NCBI GenBank assembly: GCA_040005235.1
Contig: JBDTZG010000002.1
Span: 32,001 to 96,000, forward strand
Source: Acidobacteriota bacterium
Lineage (GTDB): Bacteria > Acidobacteriota > Thermoanaerobaculia > Multivoradales > UBA5704
Direction of reading: 5' to 3'
DNA length: 64,000 nucleotides
This document shows positions 9,040 through 18,361 of the stretch, piece after piece. Position numbers and translations under genes: made by a program. Every line of letters begins with the position of its first letter. Positions within the stretch are counted from its first letter, which is position 1. The notes beneath the pieces were generated by a model, which worked only from the letters and a program-made list of their open reading frames with translations, ran no database searches and was not told the origin of the DNA.

Positions 9040-10404
9040 ATGTCGATCGCATCGATCAATCCGGCCACCGGCGAAACCGTCGCCACCTTCGAAGAGCATT
9101 CGGCCGCCGAGGTCGAGAGCCGGGTCGCCGCGGCCGCTGCGGCGTTTCGTTCTTGGCGGCGCAGCCCCTTTGCTGACCGACGCGCAGTTTTAGTGCGAGC
9201 CGCGGAGATCCTAGAATCCGAAAAGCAGCGCTTCGGCGAGATCCTCACGCTCGAAATGGGCAAGCCGATCGGCGCCGCGGTCGCCGAGGTCGAGAAATGC
9301 GCCTCCTGCTGTCGCTTCTATGCCGAGCACGCGCCCGCCTTCCTGGCCGACGAACCCGCGGAAACCGATGCGAAACGGAGCTTCGTCCGCTACGACGCGA
9401 TCGGCGTCGTGCTCGCCGTGATGCCCTGGAACTTTCCGTTCTGGCAGGTCTTCCGCTTCGGCGCGCCGGCCGTCATGGCGGGCAACGCCGGGCTACTCAA
9501 GCACGCTTCGAACGTGCCCCAGGCGGCGCTCGCGATCGAGGAGATCTTCACCCGCGCCGGAGCGCCCGCCGGGGTTTTCCAAACCCTCCTGGTCGGATCG
9601 GGCGCGGTGCAGGCGCTGATCGACGATCCGCGCATCGCGGCGGTGACCTTGACCGGCAGTGAAGGCGCGGGAGTTGCCGTCGGCCGTGCAGCGGGTGCGC
9701 AGATCAAGAAAGCCGTGTTGGAGCTGGGCGGCAGCGACCCGTTCCTCGTGATGCCGAGCGCCGATCTGCCCACCGCGATCAGCACGGCAGTCAAAGCCCG
9801 GACGATCAACAACGGCCAATCGTGCATCGCGGCGAAACGCTTCATCGTCCACCGCGATGTAGCCGCGGTCTTCGAAGCTGAATTCGTCGAGCAGATGGCG
9901 GCGTTAGAAGTGGGCGATCCCATGGACCCCAAGACCGCGATCGGCCCGCTCGCGACCGAAAAGATCCTCGAAGAGCTGGACGATCAAGTGCAGCGATCGA
10001 TCGCGGCCGGAACCCGGTGCCTGACCGGCGGAAAACGCCTGGATCGCAAGGGCAACTTCTACCCGCCCACCGTTCTCGCCGATCCGCCTGAAGGCTGCCC
10101 CGCCTACGCCGAAGAAACCTTCGGCCCGGTGGCCGTGCTGTTCACCGTAGAGAACCTGGACCAGGCCATCGCGCTCGCCAACGCCACCCCGTTCGGCCTG
10201 GGTGCCTCCGCCTGGAGCACCAATCCCGCCGAACAGGAGCGCCTGATCGCCGAAATCGAAGCCGGCTCGGTTTTCATCAACGGCATGGTCAAGAGCGACC
10301 CGCGGTTGCCTTTCGGAGGGATCAAGAGGAGCGGTTTCGGCCGCGAGCTCTCGGCTCATGGGATTCGGGAGTTTGTGAACGTGAAGACGGTTTGGGTGGG
10401 GTAG
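9040..10404 (+). CDS. gabD: NAD(P)-dependent succinate-semialdehyde dehydrogenase
   Basis: MPWNFPFWQ, LKHASN, LTGS, LELGGSDP, NGQSCIAAKR, EETFGP; directly follows gabT. Confidence 0.9.
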   Translation: MSIASINPATGETVATFEEHSAAEVESRVAAAAAAFRSWRRSPFADRRAVLVRAAEILESEKQRFGEILTLEMGKPIGAAVAEVEKCASCCRFYAEHAPAFLADEPAETDAKRSFVRYDAIGVVLAVMPWNFPFWQVFRFGAPAVMAGNAGLLKHASNVPQAALAIEEIFTRAGAPAGVFQTLLVGSGAVQALIDDPRIAAVTLTGSEGAGVAVGRAAGAQIKKAVLELGGSDPFLVMPSADLPTAISTAVKARTINNGQSCIAAKRFIVHRDVAAVFEAEFVEQMAALEVGDPMDPKTAIGPLATEKILEELDDQVQRSIAAGTRCLTGGKRLDRKGNFYPPTVLADPPEGCPAYAEETFGPVAVLFTVENLDQAIALANATPFGLGASAWSTNPAEQERLIAEIEAGSVFINGMVKSDPRLPFGGIKRSGFGRELSAHGIREFVNVKTVWVG

Positions 10405-10477
10405 GGGGGCTGACAAGTACTTCCGTGGGAGGTATCGATGTCTCGCCTGGAACAATCGGGCTCTCGATACATTTCCC

Positions 10478-11491
10478 TTAAGCGGCGAGATCAAAGCCAG
10501 TAGCTGCCCAGCTGGCGAACCCTTTTTGAATCGCGCGGAAAAGTACGTCAGGGTAAGATTTTGCCAATCTCGCAGTCGTCTCCATCGCGGAGGGAGAAAC
10601 CACAGTTAGGGCTTTGTCGCTTCGTTCAGCAATGGCGGAGAGCAGGAAGCGAAAGGACTCCTCGTCAACCGGGTTGAACCTGAATCCGATGGCGACAATG
10701 GAATCAGAGTTCCGTACCAGCTCCAGTGCTCGGGACCTCATGATCTCAATAAAATCTCTTTTCAACCCAACTGTTTTCTCTGGAACTGGAGCGATTACTC
10801 TCTCCTCTATCTCCGCGATTGGTCCTGATTCGTATTTGTGCTGACCGCTCCACGGGAGAAACAACTCACCCAGAGAACCTGGCTCAAGAATGTACTGAGG
10901 CATCTCAAGTCTCATTCTGCGAACGCCAGCTTGATCGGGCTTCGAGATCGATACACGTGATTCGTAGACACAAAGCGAGCCGTGAAGATGAACCACCAAA
11001 TTCTGTGATTTTGCCGGGACCTTGTTTTCGTGCGATTGGATTAACCCGGCAGCGACCGGCACCCCATAACCGTCTCGCGGAATCCATCGCTTCATACGCA
11101 AGAGGGAAAGTTCTATGAAGGAGTCGTAGTTAAAGGTTATGAAATCGGCGTCTTTAAAGGTCTTCAGGAATCGCCCGTAGGAACTCACTTGCTCACCTTC
11201 GGGAATTAGGCGAGGAACAAGATTCCAGTCGGTCCACATTAAATCCTCGTAGAGTCGCCTGAGGGGCTCATAGTTCTGGGACAGCAAGGATTCTTGAAAC
11301 CACTCCTCGACCGAGGAGCAAACCTCTTCGGTTCGGTTTGGATAACACAGCCGAATCAGGTCGGATACCAACGGATATCTGCAGGAATAGTCGTATGGCC
11401 CTCCCATGGAGTGCTCAACATGAATCGGCCCGATTTCTGATCCGGCATCAACACCAAATCCAGCGCCAATGATAAAAGCGATCCGTCCCAT
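10478..11491 (-). CDS. SIR2-like (SIR2_2) domain protein
   Basis: FIIGAGF, ITFNYD, HLHGSL, IVAIGFRF motifs; markedly lower GC. Confidence 0.8.
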   Translation of the reverse strand: MGRIAFIIGAGFGVDAGSEIGPIHVEHSMGGPYDYSCRYPLVSDLIRLCYPNRTEEVCSSVEEWFQESLLSQNYEPLRRLYEDLMWTDWNLVPRLIPEGEQVSSYGRFLKTFKDADFITFNYDSFIELSLLRMKRWIPRDGYGVPVAAGLIQSHENKVPAKSQNLVVHLHGSLCVYESRVSISKPDQAGVRRMRLEMPQYILEPGSLGELFLPWSGQHKYESGPIAEIEERVIAPVPEKTVGLKRDFIEIMRSRALELVRNSDSIVAIGFRFNPVDEESFRFLLSAIAERSDKALTVVSPSAMETTARLAKSYPDVLFRAIQKGFASWAATGFDLAA

Positions 11492-11559
11492 TGCTGCCTC
11501 AGCCGCGAGACCTACCCGCGCAAAATCAGACAGAGTCCCGCCGCTCTCTGGCGCATTTT

Positions 11560-11982
11560 TCAGTAAATTTCCGCCACCCAGATGAGGGGGACTGGGGAGG
11601 AACCGCCGCTGAGCGCGTTGTAGAGCTTGCCGTCGGCGGTAACAAGGGCGCAGTCCCGATCGACCGCAAGTGCCAGGTAGAGGCTGTCGTAAAAGCTCCT
11701 AGAAAACGAGGATGCGATTTCCCAGGCGATGCTTGTAATCCCGACAGATGAGTGAAGCTGCACCGGGAAGTGCCGGAAATCCTGGAGCAAGGCACCGCCC
11801 TCCTCGGCAGTGATCTCGCCTCGGCGCCATTTCTTCCAGAGGATGTTCCCGACTTCAGGCCAGAGAAGATCTGGAGCCCAAAGCTCGTAATCCTCGGCGA
11901 GTAGGAGAGCAGCCGTGTCGGAGTAGGGCTCCGGCAAAATCCACTTGGCCGCTACACTCGCGTCGACGACCACTCGCCTCAC
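11560..11982 (-). CDS. vapC: VapC PIN-domain toxin
   Basis: VVVDASVAAKW, EVGNILWK, YDSLYLALA, LVTAD. Confidence 0.92.
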   Translation of the reverse strand: MRRVVVDASVAAKWILPEPYSDTAALLLAEDYELWAPDLLWPEVGNILWKKWRRGEITAEEGGALLQDFRHFPVQLHSSVGITSIAWEIASSFSRSFYDSLYLALAVDRDCALVTADGKLYNALSGGSSPVPLIWVAEIY

Positions 11983-12209
11983 CGCTCGCGATCCTCGCGA
12001 ACCAGGTCGGCACTATCGCTTCGCATCCGGCCGGCCAGCCGTTGCCTCCAACGGTCGGCGATCTCCCGAGCTTCGGCGGGTGACAGCCGGGCCGAGGTTT
12101 CGAGGATTGCTTTGACTTCTCCTTGGAGCGACCTGCCGTGCTGCTGTGCTTGCCCTTTCAAACGATCGACGAGAGCGGTATCGAGATCCCGAACGAGAAT
12201 TTGGGCCAT
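11979..12209 (-). CDS. FitA-like ribbon-helix-helix antitoxin
   Basis: MAQILVRDLD...LKGQAQQHGRSLQGEVKAIL...DSADLVREDRER; 4-bp overlap with vapC. Confidence 0.9.
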   Translation of the reverse strand: MAQILVRDLDTALVDRLKGQAQQHGRSLQGEVKAILETSARLSPAEAREIADRWRQRLAGRMRSDSADLVREDRER

Positions 12210-12322
12210 GACGAACCTCCACCAAGAATGCTATCAAAGTGAAAGCGCCTTGGGAATCTGGTTCCTCCGGAAGTAGGCCCTAATAGTTGCCAAGCCCAAA
12301 ACGGCCATTTAGACTGAATCCC

Positions 12323-12544
12323 ATGGTCACGCGCGATCTGAAACGGCTGGTATTGAGGCTTCCGGCCGAGGATCGCCAGGAACTGGCCGAGGCCCTCTGG
12401 GACAGCCTCGAAACCGAGCCAGCCACTCTGCCTGCCTGGCAGCGGCAGATTCTCCAGACCCGGCTGGCGGAGCTTGAAGCGAATCCGGAAGCGGGCTCCT
12501 CCTGGGAGGAGGTCGAAGCGAGGATCTGGCCGGAAGGCGCATGA
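12323..12544 (+). CDS. Addiction-module antitoxin (TIGR02574 / Unstab_antitox-like)
   Basis: LPAEDRQELAEALWDSL...WQRQILQTRL...SWEEVEARI. Confidence 0.85.
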   Translation: MVTRDLKRLVLRLPAEDRQELAEALWDSLETEPATLPAWQRQILQTRLAELEANPEAGSSWEEVEARIWPEGA

Positions 12545-12597
12545 GTGCCCGGCCGGTTTGGCTGGCCGTCACGGCCGAGGTCTGGCAAAGTCTCTGA
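12541..12597 (+). pseudogene. Collapsed RelE/ParE-like toxin remnant
   Basis: ATGA overlap with the antitoxin stop; 18-codon ORF MSARPVWLAVTAEVWQSL resembling fused start and end of a ParE toxin. Confidence 0.4.
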
Positions 12598-12674
12598 GAG
12601 GGCGGCCCGGGGGAGAAGCTCAAGCCCCGTTATAAGATCACCCGTCCAACGCTCGCCCCTCAGGAGCCTCCGCT

Positions 12675-13862
12675 TTGAGCCCTAACGACATCGTCCTTTG
12701 CGCCCCCGTCCGCACGCCGATCGGCAAATTCAGCGGCGTGCTTTCTTCACTTTCCGCGGCCGATCTCGGTACCGCGGCGGCTAGTGCCTGTCTCTCCCGT
12801 GCGGGAATTTCGGGGTTTGCCATCGACCAGGCGATCTTCGGCCATGGTCGGCAGGCGGGAAACGGTCCGAACACCGCCCGGCAGATTTCCTATCGAGCGG
12901 GGGTACCGGTTGAATCTCCGGCGTTCACCGTCAACCAGGCGTGCGGGTCGGGATTGCAGGCGGTGCTTTCGGCCGCGCGGACGATTTTGCTCGGCGAGGC
13001 CGAGGTGATCCTTGCGGGCGGCACGGAGAGCATGTCGAACACGCCTTATTTTCTGACTCGCGCCCGGACCGGGTACCGGCTGGGGCACGGGGAGATCGTC
13101 GATGGGATGTACCGGGACGGGTTCGACGACCCTCTGTCGAAGCTGGTAATGGGCGAGACGGCCGAGGAGCTGGCGGCGGAGAAGGGGATCGGACGCGACG
13201 CGTCGGACGCCTGGGCCTTGGAGAGTCAGATTCGTTGCGAACGGGCGCGAAAGGCGGGCCGGTTCGTCTCCGAGATCGCTCCGATCACGGTGCCGGGAAA
13301 GAAAGGCGACCTCCTCGTCGAGGCCGATGAGCACCCGCGCGATGGGATGACGATCGAATCGCTGGCGAAGTTGCCGACCGTTTTCCGCAAAGGGGGCGCG
13401 GTGACGGCAGGCAACGCCTCCGGAATCACGGACGGGGCCGCCGCTCTGCTGGTCGCTTCGCGCGCGGCGGCGGAGCGGTGGGGGTTGAAGATCGAAGCTC
13501 GGCTCGCGGGCTGGTCGGTCGTCGGGGTCGAGCCGCGGATCATGGGGATCGGCCCGGTGCCGGCGGTTGAGAAGCTGCTCGCGCAGACCGGGCGGACGCT
13601 TGCCGAGATTGAGGCGATCGAGCTGAACGAGGCGTTCGCTTGCCAGGTGCTCGCCTGCATCGAAGGTCTGGGGCTCGATCCGGCGCGGGTCAACCCGGAC
13701 GGCGGCGCGATCGCGCTGGGCCATCCGATCGGAGCGACCGGTGCGCGCATCCTGGTCACGTTGCTGCACGGGATGGCCGCGCGCGGCGAAAAGCTTGGCA
13801 TGGCGACGCTCTGCATCTCCGGCGGAATGGGGATCGCGGCGCTGGTCGAAAGAGAGTCATAA
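12675..13862 (+). CDS. Acetyl-CoA C-acetyltransferase (thiolase)
   Basis: NQACGSG, GGTESMS, NEAFA, GHPIGATG, CISGGMG. Confidence 0.95.
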   Translation: MSPNDIVLCAPVRTPIGKFSGVLSSLSAADLGTAAASACLSRAGISGFAIDQAIFGHGRQAGNGPNTARQISYRAGVPVESPAFTVNQACGSGLQAVLSAARTILLGEAEVILAGGTESMSNTPYFLTRARTGYRLGHGEIVDGMYRDGFDDPLSKLVMGETAEELAAEKGIGRDASDAWALESQIRCERARKAGRFVSEIAPITVPGKKGDLLVEADEHPRDGMTIESLAKLPTVFRKGGAVTAGNASGITDGAAALLVASRAAAERWGLKIEARLAGWSVVGVEPRIMGIGPVPAVEKLLAQTGRTLAEIEAIELNEAFACQVLACIEGLGLDPARVNPDGGAIALGHPIGATGARILVTLLHGMAARGEKLGMATLCISGGMGIAALVERES

Positions 13863-13889
13863 GATCGAATGATGGCCAGAGATTTGTTC

Positions 13890-13939
13890 GTAGGGGCGGA
13901 GCTTGCCTCCGCCCGGGGGCAGGCAAGCTGCCCCCCTAC
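13890..13939. repeat. GTAG-type REP-like inverted doublet
   Basis: GTAGGGGCGGAGCTTGCCTCCGCCC...GGGCAGGCAAGCTGCCCCCCTAC, intergenic. Confidence 0.7.
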
Positions 13940-13969
13940 ATCACAGAAGCTCGAGAGGTTCGTCCGCCC

Positions 13970-14701
13970 ATGATCCTCCTCACCACCTCCGTCGAGGAGA
14001 ACGCCGAGCCGTACATCGACGCCTTGCGGGCGGTCGGATTCCGGGACGACGAGATCACCGTCCTCGGCCCGGAGCGGCGGGCGGAGGCGGGGGAGTTCGC
14101 CGCGCGCGCTGCCGGCGTTCTGCTCTCGGGAGGTTGCGACATCGAACCTTCCCGCTATGGCGAGGCGGTCCTTCCCGAGGGGAAGGTCGAGTCCCTCAAG
14201 AAGCGCGACGAGCTGGAGTGGAACGTGCTCGACGCCGCGCGGGAGCTGCGCCTGCCGGTCTGGGGGATCTGCCGCGGCTTGCAGGTGATCAACGTCTACT
14301 TCGGCGGCTCGCTCTGGCAGGACCTTCCCAGCCAGGTCGCTTCGACGGTGTCGCACGTTCCACCCGATGCCGAAACGCCGCTCGCGACCCTGGCGCACGA
14401 GATTCACGTGTCGGCGCACGATTCGCCTCTCGGTGAGCGACTTGCAGCTCGGGGCGAGCCCGTCGGCGTCAACAGCCGCCACCATCAGGCGATCAAAGCG
14501 CTCGGGGCCGGATTGCGGACCGTCGCTCTGTCGCCGGACAACCTGATCGAGGCGCTTGATCTCGACCCGGACGGTGCCGACGATTGGTGGCTGCGCGCCG
14601 TCCAATGGCATCCGGAAAATCTGCTCGAGCTTCCCCGCCAGCGCGCGCTCTGGGAAGATTTTGCCGCGGCGGCGCGTAGCCGCGCGAAGGAGACGCGATG
14701 A
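13970..14701 (+). CDS. Gamma-glutamyl-gamma-aminobutyrate hydrolase family (peptidase C26, PuuD-like)
   Basis: LSGGCDI, GICRGLQ, VNSRHHQA, VQWHPE. Confidence 0.9.
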   Translation: MILLTTSVEENAEPYIDALRAVGFRDDEITVLGPERRAEAGEFAARAAGVLLSGGCDIEPSRYGEAVLPEGKVESLKKRDELEWNVLDAARELRLPVWGICRGLQVINVYFGGSLWQDLPSQVASTVSHVPPDAETPLATLAHEIHVSAHDSPLGERLAARGEPVGVNSRHHQAIKALGAGLRTVALSPDNLIEALDLDPDGADDWWLRAVQWHPENLLELPRQRALWEDFAAAARSRAKETR

Positions 14702-15471
14702 ACGAACCCGTGAAGCTCGAACGCAGCGCCGACCGCCGGGTTGCCACGCTCACGCTCGACCGGCCGCCGCTCAACATTCTCGACCTCGAAATGATCGCGG
14801 CGCTCGAAGGGCACCTTGCGGATCTCGAACGAGACACATCTCTGCAAATCGTGGTCGTGCGCGGTGCGGGGGAGCGGGCGTTTTCGGCCGGGGTTTCGGT
14901 CCAGGACCACACGCCGGACAAAGTCGAATCGATGCTCCAGGGGTTGCATGGCGCGATCCGCAAACTGGCGGATTCGGACGCGGCGACGATCGCCGTCGTT
15001 TCCGGCCACTGCCTGGGCGGCGGGATGGAGGTGGCGCTCGCTTGCGATCTCGTCCTCGCGGCGGACAACGCCAAATTCGGCCAGCCGGAGATCAAGCTCG
15101 GCTGTTATCCGCCGGTCGCCGCGGCGCTCTACCCGCGACGGATCGGCCCGGGCCGGACGCTCGAAATGCTGCTCTCCGGCCGCAACGTCTCGTGCGAGGA
15201 AGCGGAACGGCTCGGCCTCGTCCATTGGCGCCTGGCTGCCGATCAGCTCGATACCAAACTCGCCTCGATCCTGGAAGACTTTCTCCAGTGGAGCACGCCG
15301 GTCGCGCGCCTGACCAAGCGCGCCGTGCGTGCGGGACGCGATCTGCCGTTCCACGAGGCGCTCGACGCGACCGAGCATCTTTACCTGGACGACCTTTGCG
15401 AGACCGAGGACATGGCCGAAGGAATCCAGGCGTTCCTCGACAAGCGCCCGCCGGTCTGGAAGCATCGCTGA
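14698..15471 (+). CDS. Enoyl-CoA hydratase/isomerase family protein
   Basis: AFSAGVSV, CLGGGME, FGQPEIKLG. Confidence 0.92.
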   Translation: MNEPVKLERSADRRVATLTLDRPPLNILDLEMIAALEGHLADLERDTSLQIVVVRGAGERAFSAGVSVQDHTPDKVESMLQGLHGAIRKLADSDAATIAVVSGHCLGGGMEVALACDLVLAADNAKFGQPEIKLGCYPPVAAALYPRRIGPGRTLEMLLSGRNVSCEEAERLGLVHWRLAADQLDTKLASILEDFLQWSTPVARLTKRAVRAGRDLPFHEALDATEHLYLDDLCETEDMAEGIQAFLDKRPPVWKHR

Positions 15472-15505
15472 AGACTTTTTTCGCACACCCGAACAGGAGA
15501 CCCCC

Positions 15506-16282
15506 ATGCCCGAAACCGTACTTTTGGAGCGCGACGGCCGTGTCGCGATCGTGACCATCAACCGTCCCGACAAACTCAACGCCCTGTCGCAGCAGGTGCG
15601 CGACGACATGCTCGAAGTCCTGGCCGAGATCGAGAAGGACGACTCGCTCGGAGCGGTGGTCATCACCGGCGCGGGCGAAAAGGCGTTCATCGCGGGAGCC
15701 GACATCGGCGAATTCGCCGGCCGCTCTCCGCTCGATCAGCGCGACGCGATGCGCAGCCCGCGGATCTTCGACGCGATGGCGACCTTTCCGAAACCGGTCA
15801 TCGCCATGATCAACGGCTTCTGCCTGGGCGGCGGATGCGAGCTCGCCGCTTCGTGCGACATCCGGATCGCCTCGGACAAGGCGCGTTTCGGCCAGCCGGA
15901 GATCAAGCTCGGCCTGATCCCCGGGGGAGGCGGAACCCAGCGCCTGCCGCGCCTGATCGGCAGCGGCCAGACCATGCGCCTGATTTTTTCGGGCGAGATG
16001 ATCGACGCGGCGGAGGCGCAACGAATCGGCCTGGTCGAAATGACCTTCCCGGCCGAGGATCTGCGGGCGAAGACGCTGGAGCTGGCGGCAAAGATCGCTT
16101 CGTACTCGCCACTCACGCTGCGGATCGCGAAGGAATCGATCCGCAATAGCGAGAAGCTCCCGATCGAAGAGGGCCTCTCCTACGAGCGCGACCTGTTCTG
16201 CCTCTGCTTCTCGACCGAAGACAAGAAGGAGGGCGTCGCCGCCTTCCTCGAAAAGCGGCCGGCGGCCTGGGTGGGGCGGTAG
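15506..16282 (+). CDS. Enoyl-CoA hydratase (crotonase)
   Basis: NRPDKLNAL, AFIAGADI, GGGCEL, QPEIKLGLIPGGGGTQRL; AGGAG RBS before ATG 15506. Confidence 0.93.
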   Translation: MPETVLLERDGRVAIVTINRPDKLNALSQQVRDDMLEVLAEIEKDDSLGAVVITGAGEKAFIAGADIGEFAGRSPLDQRDAMRSPRIFDAMATFPKPVIAMINGFCLGGGCELAASCDIRIASDKARFGQPEIKLGLIPGGGGTQRLPRLIGSGQTMRLIFSGEMIDAAEAQRIGLVEMTFPAEDLRAKTLELAAKIASYSPLTLRIAKESIRNSEKLPIEEGLSYERDLFCLCFSTEDKKEGVAAFLEKRPAAWVGR

Positions 16283-16403
16283 AGGGGAGGAGGGCGGCCC
16301 GGTCGGGTCAGACCGACGGGCCGCTCTCGCGGTTATCACCACTCGGCCGCTCTCTCGATCTGGCGCTGCGCCCGCGGCTTGATGAGTTGCTGCAGCGCCA
16401 AGA

Positions 16404-16625
16404 CTAGCCAAACTTCCTGAGGCGCTCGAACAGCTCTTCCCCCGAGATTCCTTCCTCGCGGTCGGCTTCTTCAAGGGCTTCGAGAAGCTCCTCCTCTTCG
16501 GCTGCGGAGAGGCGAACGGAGGCTTCGGAATCGCCCGAGAAGACCGTCACGACGGCACCCTAGGGAAGGGACGAACCTTCAAGGATGATCTTTCCCCCGA
16601 CGACGGTTCCGGTAGCTACTTGCAT
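16404..16625 (-). pseudogene. Antitoxin-like gene with an internal TAG, followed by a ParE-like toxin stub
   Basis: Reads MQVATGTVVGGKIILEGSSLP*GAVVTVF...LSAAEEEELLEALEEADREEGISGEELFERLRKFG; downstream TTG-started MALQQLIKPRAQRQIERAAEW* (~16337-16402). Confidence 0.65.
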
Positions 16626-16882
16626 GGAGGAATGTTACTACTCGGCGTCCGGAGGAGAAAGTCCGCTCGCCGCCCCACCTCGCTTCTGTCCCCCTCGCCG
16701 CCCCACCTGTCTCACCACTTTGTGACGAATCCCCTCCTTGCGGTGTAAACCATTGTGCGTATACTTCCCTCACTCGCCAGGGCGAATGCTGGAAAACGCC
16801 ATGTACTACGGGGCTTTTTCGCTATCGGCTTCGCTTCTGGAGAGGATCGAAAAACCCGGTCTAGACGACGCGAGGCGAGGCT

Positions 16883-17893
16883 TTGACGGCGAAGGCGAAG
16901 ATCTTCCTGTTTTCCGCGACGGTGATCGCGGTGGCGATCTGCGGGGCTCTGTGGGCTTCCGCCGCGCTTGCGCTCCTGGAGCGCCCTTGGGCGGTCGTCG
17001 GACTGGCCGTGTGCGTCGGTCTACTCGGCGCTTTCGTCGTCGTCCTTCTGCTCCGCCAGGAGATCGGGCCGCTGCGCCGGCTCGCGAAGACCATCTCCGA
17101 GATGGCCGAGCGCGGCGAGCTGCAGAGCGATTTTCCTTCCGCGGCGGGCAACGGCGAGGTCCACGAGATCGAAGAGACGATCCGTCGCCTGCTGGGCACG
17201 CTCGAAGAGTCGCAGGACGAACGGGAGCGCTCCTACGTCGAAGCCCTCGGCGCGGTGGTCGCCGCGGCGGACGCCCGCGACCACGAAACGGCGGGGCATT
17301 CGTTCCGCGTTGCCCACTATGCGCTCGCGCTGGCCAAACGGCTGGGCCTGGAAGGCGAGGAGCTGAAGGCCATCGAGTGGGGCGGCCTGCTTCACGATGT
17401 CGGCAAGATGGCGGTTCCGGACGAGATCCTGAGGAAGGTCGGGCCGCTCTCCGACCGCGAGTGGTCGATCATGCGTCAGCATCCCGGCTGGGGCTTCGAG
17501 ATGCTGGCCGACATCCGGTTCCTCCAAAAGACGGCGCTTCAGATCGTCTACAGCCATCATGAGCGCTGGGACGGCGAAGGGTATCCGACCGGGTTGGCGG
17601 GCGAGGAGATCCCGCTCGCGGCGCGGATTTTCGCGGTCGTCGACACCTACGATGCGATGACCTCGGATCGTCCCTATCGCCGGGCCGGCACCCACCATGC
17701 CGCGGTGATGGAGCTCGAACGGGTGGCGGGCCGCCAGCTCGACCCGCAGGTGGTCGCCGCGTTCCGGCGCATCCCCGAGATGGAGCTACGCCGCCTGCGC
17801 GAGCACTGCGACAGCTTCCACACCGGTTTGACCCTGCCGCCCGAGCTGCTCACCACGAGCAAGTTCGGCCGCCTCATTGCGGTCGAGCGCTGA
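16883..17893 (+). CDS. Membrane-anchored HAMP + HD-GYP cyclic-di-GMP phosphodiesterase
   Basis: Two TM segments; GHSFRV, LLHDVGK, HHERWDGEGYP, YDAMTSDRPYR. Confidence 0.92.
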   Translation: MTAKAKIFLFSATVIAVAICGALWASAALALLERPWAVVGLAVCVGLLGAFVVVLLLRQEIGPLRRLAKTISEMAERGELQSDFPSAAGNGEVHEIEETIRRLLGTLEESQDERERSYVEALGAVVAAADARDHETAGHSFRVAHYALALAKRLGLEGEELKAIEWGGLLHDVGKMAVPDEILRKVGPLSDREWSIMRQHPGWGFEMLADIRFLQKTALQIVYSHHERWDGEGYPTGLAGEEIPLAARIFAVVDTYDAMTSDRPYRRAGTHHAAVMELERVAGRQLDPQVVAAFRRIPEMELRRLREHCDSFHTGLTLPPELLTTSKFGRLIAVER

Positions 17894-17940
17894 GCTTTTA
17901 AGTCAGCGCAGATCCCCGAATCAGAGTACTCTGGGAAGGC

Positions 17941-18345
17941 ATGGCCTCCCTTCTTCATCCCCAAATCTCGCCGCAGGACAGAAAGCGCCTCCTAGCGGAG
18001 GGTCTGGAGAGCTTCCGTCATGGCGATTTTTACGCCGCCCACGACGCCTGGGAAGAGGTCTGGCGTTCGACCACGCCGGAGCCGAAGGATCTTCTGCGCG
18101 GCTTGATCCAGATCGCCGCGGGTCTTCACCTCGAACGCGATCTCGATCGCCCGGCCGCCGCGCTGCGCGTGCTCGGCCGGGGACGCGGCCAGCTCGAAAC
18201 CCACGGGCCGACCGGGCTCGGGCTCGATCTCTCCGCGCTGGCGACCAAAGTCGCCGCGATCGAGCGCTGGCTCGCCGCGGGGCGCCCCGATCCGCGCCCG
18301 GCCCCGCCGCGTCTGCGGCTGGTCGATCCGGCAGCGCTGGCCTGA
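17941..18345 (+). CDS. DUF309 domain protein
   Basis: FYAAHDAWEEVW...LRGLIQIAAGLH. Confidence 0.85.
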   Translation: MASLLHPQISPQDRKRLLAEGLESFRHGDFYAAHDAWEEVWRSTTPEPKDLLRGLIQIAAGLHLERDLDRPAAALRVLGRGRGQLETHGPTGLGLDLSALATKVAAIERWLAAGRPDPRPAPPRLRLVDPAALA

Positions 18346-18361
18346 GCTCTGATCTCGGGTC

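Noticed and set aside
16560-16562. In-frame TAG as stop-codon recoding (pyrrolysine)
   Set aside because: TAG is used as a normal stop by many genes here; a GAG-to-TAG nonsense change in a decaying TA module is simpler
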